Origin: Candidatus Hadarchaeales archaeon
Lineage (GTDB): Archaea > Hadarchaeota > Hadarchaeia > Hadarchaeales > Hadarchaeaceae
DNA length: 19,702 nucleotides
Assembly (NCBI GenBank): GCA_038872135.1
Contig: JAVZGN010000019.1
Coordinates: 1-19,702, forward strand
Direction of reading: 5' to 3'
Positions 15,627-19,702 of the stretch are shown here, one piece after another (positions within the stretch are counted from its first letter, which is position 1; each line of letters begins with the position of its first letter). Made by a program: the position numbers and the translations under genes. Below the pieces are notes generated by a model. It was not told where the DNA came from, ran no database searches, and saw only the letters and a program-made list of their open reading frames with translations.

Positions 15627-17156
15627 ATGGTCGTCCGTCAAAAAATAGAAATCACGAGAATCAAACAATCACGGGCGGCGATATGGGTAGCCATTTCACT
15701 CACAATGTTGGAAGGGTTTATGGTGGCCGGAGTTGTGGCCGGCGAAGCTCTTTCTCTCCAGTGGAGTTATAAGGCTGATCTTGCTGTCTCAGCCGTGGCC
15801 ATCTCAGAAAATGGTGAGTACATTGTCGCCGGTAGTAAGACTCTTTATTTCTTCAAGAGGGAAAACCGTGAGCCACTGTGGACTTACACCTTTAACCAAT
15901 CCATTACCAAAATCTGCATTACGCCGGATGCAAGATACATCGTCCTAGCGGTAGATGACAAAGTCTATCTCTTCGATAACAACGGGAACAAATTGTGGGA
16001 AAGGTATCTCATGCAACCCGAACAGGAAGGAGAGCTTGTGGGAACCTCTGTCGAAGATGTCGCCATATCGTCCGATGGGAACTATGTGGTAGCTGTGTCG
16101 TCACTCAATATTAACTTATTCTCGAGAACTGGAACCAGATTGTGGTATGCCTACGGAAGCCCAAACTTTGAAGACATCAAAACGGTAGCAATTTCGGGAA
16201 GAGGAGAAAAAATCGTGTGTGGTGACGACTATAGTTCTATTTCTCTGTTCAGCACTGAAGGGGCTCGTGTGGCATCTAAAGATCTCGGCGCCCCTATCGC
16301 GGATGTTGAAATTTCTAGCGATGGCTCTAAGATAGTCGCCATCTCTGCAACTCAGGTGGTTTTGCTAGACTCTGGGCTTAACATCCTCTGGAGCTATTCC
16401 CTCACAGCTGGAAGATACATAGACATCACACCAGCGGGGACTCGCATCGTAGCGGGGGACATAGATTCCGGAGTATATGTGTTTTCTAACACTTCTTCCA
16501 CTCCTTTGTGGCAAAAGCAGATAACGGGGATCAATGGAGTAGCCATCTCTCCCGACGGCCGGTTCGTTTCCATCGCGACTAATACTGGCATCTTGATATA
16601 CAGAGAAGACGGCACCAAAGTGGGCGAATATTCTACCCAAGACATTGTAGAAGCAACCGATGTTGCTAACGGCCCCTACGTGGTCGCCGGCACTTTCACA
16701 AAGGATATCCTCTTCTTCAGCACAAACACTCCACCCCTTCTCAGTGACTACAGCCTCTCGCCGGTTGCCGGTGATGAAAACACTGCCTTCACTTACCGGG
16801 TGAAGTACAGCGACCCAGATGGCGATGCACCTTCTTATGTGCGTGTGTTCATTGACGATATCCCCTATGAGATGACTGGCAAAACAGACAATTACTTTGA
16901 GTTTTCAACCACCCTGTCCGCTGGGTCTCACCTATACTACTTCAAGACAATGGACAACCGGGGCGCTGAAGCAAGACTCCCACCCATACCACCCGATGTC
17001 TTCTCCGGCCCTGTTGTAGCATCTGCGGGTGGGGGAAGTGGAGTACCGGGAAGCGGAGGGGGGGTTAGACCAGAAACACCCTCACTCCCAGTTATCCCAA
17101 TAGCAATTGGCATCATGATTCTAGTGGCAGTGGTAGTTTTAGCGCTTCTCCGATAA
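15627..17156 (+). CDS. Secreted, C-terminally anchored beta-propeller (WD40/PQQ-like) surface protein
   Basis: N-terminal hydrophobic segment, about 7 repeats of (V)AISxDGxxIV...G..LW, a beta-rich domain (NTPPLL...YSDPDGD), a Gly/Pro linker and a terminal transmembrane helix. The start is uncertain; ATG 15627 follows GTGA. Confidence 0.8.
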   Translation: MVVRQKIEITRIKQSRAAIWVAISLTMLEGFMVAGVVAGEALSLQWSYKADLAVSAVAISENGEYIVAGSKTLYFFKRENREPLWTYTFNQSITKICITPDARYIVLAVDDKVYLFDNNGNKLWERYLMQPEQEGELVGTSVEDVAISSDGNYVVAVSSLNINLFSRTGTRLWYAYGSPNFEDIKTVAISGRGEKIVCGDDYSSISLFSTEGARVASKDLGAPIADVEISSDGSKIVAISATQVVLLDSGLNILWSYSLTAGRYIDITPAGTRIVAGDIDSGVYVFSNTSSTPLWQKQITGINGVAISPDGRFVSIATNTGILIYREDGTKVGEYSTQDIVEATDVANGPYVVAGTFTKDILFFSTNTPPLLSDYSLSPVAGDENTAFTYRVKYSDPDGDAPSYVRVFIDDIPYEMTGKTDNYFEFSTTLSAGSHLYYFKTMDNRGAEARLPPIPPDVFSGPVVASAGGGSGVPGSGGGVRPETPSLPVIPIAIGIMILVAVVVLALLR

Positions 17157-17556
17157 ACATTTCTCTGAAATTTTCGCAACAAAATTCATGAACAGTGAAA
17201 AGAATTGGTAGAGAATTAAGAAGTTTCTAAAAAGCCATTTCCAAATAGGTCTGTAGACAATCCGCTTCCCGTCCACAGTTTCCTCTTGGTCAAAAGTCAG
17301 AATTAATCCTTCCTTCAACCTGAACTCCTTCATCGCCAAAAGGAGCGCATCAACTTCTCTCTTTTTTGTGTCTGGAGTTACCTCCCGGCAAACTTGGATA
17401 AGTTGCTTAACCCTCCGCCCCTCCTTAACCACAAAGTCAACCTCCCTCTGCCTGTGATCCTTCCAGTAAAATATTTCCCATTCTCTCCTCCAGTAGTCCC
17501 TTCTTCTCAGAGTTCCACAGCCACAACATTTTCCAGCTCTTTTCCCTGGTTTTCTG
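17139..17556 (-). pseudogene. C-terminal remnant of an AAA+ ATPase/DUF4143 protein
   Basis: SENQGKELENVVAVEL, a frameshift near 17510, then LRRR...EIFYWKD...EVDFVV...QLIQV...KRE...PIWKWL. No P-loop domain was found upstream. Confidence 0.8.
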
Positions 17557-17847
17557 ACACATTGGACTATCTTAGCCATCTCTTTCCACGATTGCCGATT
17601 CAATTTACTCCACCCAGATATTGTAAATCCTAATTCTGCCAAAGTTTTTGAAAATCTTTGCACTGGTAGTGCAAGGATTAACAGAGGATTTTACCCGGTT
17701 GAAAGGAAGGCTCCAAATAATGTAGCTTTGGCTCATAAACGTGGGCGGTATTTCCAGCGCACCACTTTTTTGCTGGCATCATTGCCGAAACAAGACATCC
17801 TAAACTCATGTACTTTGTTGGATTGCTTGGAGGGAAAACTGAGAAAT

Positions 17848-17861
17848 AGGAAGTTTTAATA
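17848..17861 (+). promoter_or_regulatory. BRE/TATA promoter of ilvD
   Basis: Purine run AGGAAG followed by TTTTAATA, ending 28 nt before the ATG at 17890. Confidence 0.5.
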
Positions 17862-17889
17862 CCCTCACCAATAACTCTTCTCGGGGACG

Positions 17890-19545
17890 ATGAAGCTGAG
17901 GAGCAGAGAGGTGGTTGAGGGACTAGAAGCTATTCCAAGAAGAGCTCTGCTGAGGGCTGTTGGAGTAACCAACGGCGAAATGAACAAACCATTTGTGGCA
18001 ATAGCGAACTCGTACAACAACATCGTCCCGGGACACATTCATCTGAGACAGCTTGGTGAGGCTGTTGCTGCCGGTGTGAGGGAAGCTGGAGGTGTCCCCT
18101 TTGAGTTCAACACGATAGGAATCTGCGACGGAATAGCGATGGGAACAGAGGGGATGAAGTACTCCCTTCCTTCCAGGGAAATAATCGCAGACAGCGTCGA
18201 GGCGATGCTGGAAGCCCACAGATTTGACGCTGTCGTCTGCGTTGCCAGTTGCGACAAGATCGTGCCGGGGATGGCGATGGCGATAGCGAGAGTGAACATC
18301 CCTGCAATCGTCGTCACTGGCGGGCCTATGCTCCCGGGTGAATGGAATGGGGAGAGACTGGATGTCATAAGCACATTTGAAGCAGTCGGTGCTCTCAAAG
18401 AGGGAAAGATCACCCAGAGAGAAGCCCTCAAAATAGAGGAGATGGCCTGTCCGACCTGCGGCTCCTGTGCCGGCCTTTTCACAGCAAACACCATGGCCTG
18501 CCTTCTTGAAGCTTTAGGTCTCACTCTCCCAGGAATGGCAACCGCCTCAGCTGTGTCCGCAAAAAAAATGCAGCTGGCCAAGCAGAGTGGCTCTCAAATC
18601 ATGAAGCTTCTGAGGAATGATATAACCCCACGAAAGATATTGACGAGATCTGCATTTGAAAATGCAATTGCTGTTGACATGGCAATCGGCGGCTCCACAA
18701 ACACTGTCCTCCATCTGCCTGCGATAGCGAGGGAGGCTGGAATCGAGCTAACCCTAGATGCCTTCGACAGAATAAGCAGGAGGACCCCATGCCTCTGCAG
18801 CATCAGGCCAAACGGCCCCCACATGATGGTAGATCTGGACAGGGCTGGAGGGGTGCAGGCTGTGATGAAGGCTCTGGGGAAGAGAATTCATGGAAATGCT
18901 CTCACCGTCACAGGGAAAACTGTGAGAGAAAACATAAAGTTTGCTATAATCAGGGACAAAGAGGTCATCCGTCCACCCACAAGACCCTACAGGAAAGAGG
19001 GAGGAATAGCTATTCTCTATGGGAGCCTAGCGCCAGAGGGGGCGGTCGTGAAATATGCTGGAATAAGTCCAAAGATGATGAGGAAGAGAGGAATAGCGGT
19101 TGTTTTCGACTCAGAGGAAGAGGCCACAGCGGCGATTTTAGGAAAGAAGATCAAGCCCGAAAATGTTGTTGTCATCAGATATGAGGGGCCTAAAGGTGGG
19201 CCTGGAATGAGGGAAATGCTCGGCCCGACCTCAGCAATTGCTGGGATGGGGCTAGACAAAGTTGCTCTTGTGACCGATGGCAGGTTCTCGGGAGGGACGA
19301 GAGGTCTCTGCGTTGGGCATGTAACTCCAGAAGCAGCGGAAGGTGGACCGATAGGGGTTGTGGAGGATGGTGACGAGATTTTGATTGATGTCCAGAAGCG
19401 AAAAATCGACCTGCTCATCTCAAAGGAGGAGCTTGCGAAGAGATTGAAAAGCTTCCGCCCGAAACCACCCAAAACTACCAGAGGACTGCTCGGGTATTAT
19501 TCAAAGGTTGTGAGCTCTGCAGCTGAGGGAGCGATAAGAAAGTGA
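17890..19545 (+). CDS. ilvD: Dihydroxy-acid dehydratase
   Basis: [58 protein letters not shown] and TDGRFSG. Confidence 0.98.
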   Translation: MKLRSREVVEGLEAIPRRALLRAVGVTNGEMNKPFVAIANSYNNIVPGHIHLRQLGEAVAAGVREAGGVPFEFNTIGICDGIAMGTEGMKYSLPSREIIADSVEAMLEAHRFDAVVCVASCDKIVPGMAMAIARVNIPAIVVTGGPMLPGEWNGERLDVISTFEAVGALKEGKITQREALKIEEMACPTCGSCAGLFTANTMACLLEALGLTLPGMATASAVSAKKMQLAKQSGSQIMKLLRNDITPRKILTRSAFENAIAVDMAIGGSTNTVLHLPAIAREAGIELTLDAFDRISRRTPCLCSIRPNGPHMMVDLDRAGGVQAVMKALGKRIHGNALTVTGKTVRENIKFAIIRDKEVIRPPTRPYRKEGGIAILYGSLAPEGAVVKYAGISPKMMRKRGIAVVFDSEEEATAAILGKKIKPENVVVIRYEGPKGGPGMREMLGPTSAIAGMGLDKVALVTDGRFSGGTRGLCVGHVTPEAAEGGPIGVVEDGDEILIDVQKRKIDLLISKEELAKRLKSFRPKPPKTTRGLLGYYSKVVSSAAEGAIRK

Positions 19546-19593
19546 GCAATTCTCCCACCGACTTCTGAAACGTGCTGTGTTGCATAATTCGAC

Positions 19594-19702
19594 CAGTACT
19601 CCCGCAGGTGGACTTAGATGGAGCCCTCAAGAGGACCCATAGCTGATCCTCTGTAATTATCAAAAACCAGAGATTCGCAGTTGATTTTGAGCTTGAGCCG
19701 GT
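19594..19702 (-). mobile_element. Right end of another ISH3-type copy, inverted, running off the window
   Basis: Begins CAGTACTCCCG; 92/109 identical, ungapped, to the reverse complement of 670-778 by manual count. Confidence 0.85.

Noticed and set aside
17654-17678. Palindrome ATCTTTGCACT-GGT-AGTGCAAGGAT (10/11)
   Set aside because: Single occurrence, about 180 nt from the ilvD TATA box, with no U tract or second copy to suggest function.
1-19702. CRISPR array, tRNA or rRNA
   Set aside because: No regularly spaced repeats, cloverleaf signatures or rRNA-like stretches seen by eye.

Overview
Archaeal-looking window (TATA/BRE promoters, GGTGA ribosome-binding sites, 4-bp gene overlaps), ending on both sides in ISH3-type IS sequence, with two parts. 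(1) An accessory island at 1-7475: a partial ISH3/IS4-type transposase; a candidate type II restriction-modification locus (m5C methyltransferase, a coupled MIG-like T/G mismatch glycosylase, and a convergent PD-(D/E)xK-like nuclease); a decayed wHTH/Panacea-like gene; an IS6-family element; a ribbon-helix-helix regulator; and an internally deleted ISH3 relic. One terminal inverted repeat of the IS6 element has been split by an IS1111-type IS110 element. The right non-coding end of that IS110 folds like a two-loop bridge RNA whose guide segments match both halves of the split repeat. (2) A housekeeping block at 7524-19545: an alpha-glucan/glycogen operon (GT4, debranching enzyme, GH57, GT4, PfkB kinase), ilvC with an apparent ATA start, a membrane-anchored beta-propeller protein, an ATPase/DUF4143 remnant and ilvD. 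No tRNA, rRNA or CRISPR array was seen. All family calls come from motif recognition by eye; no searches were run.
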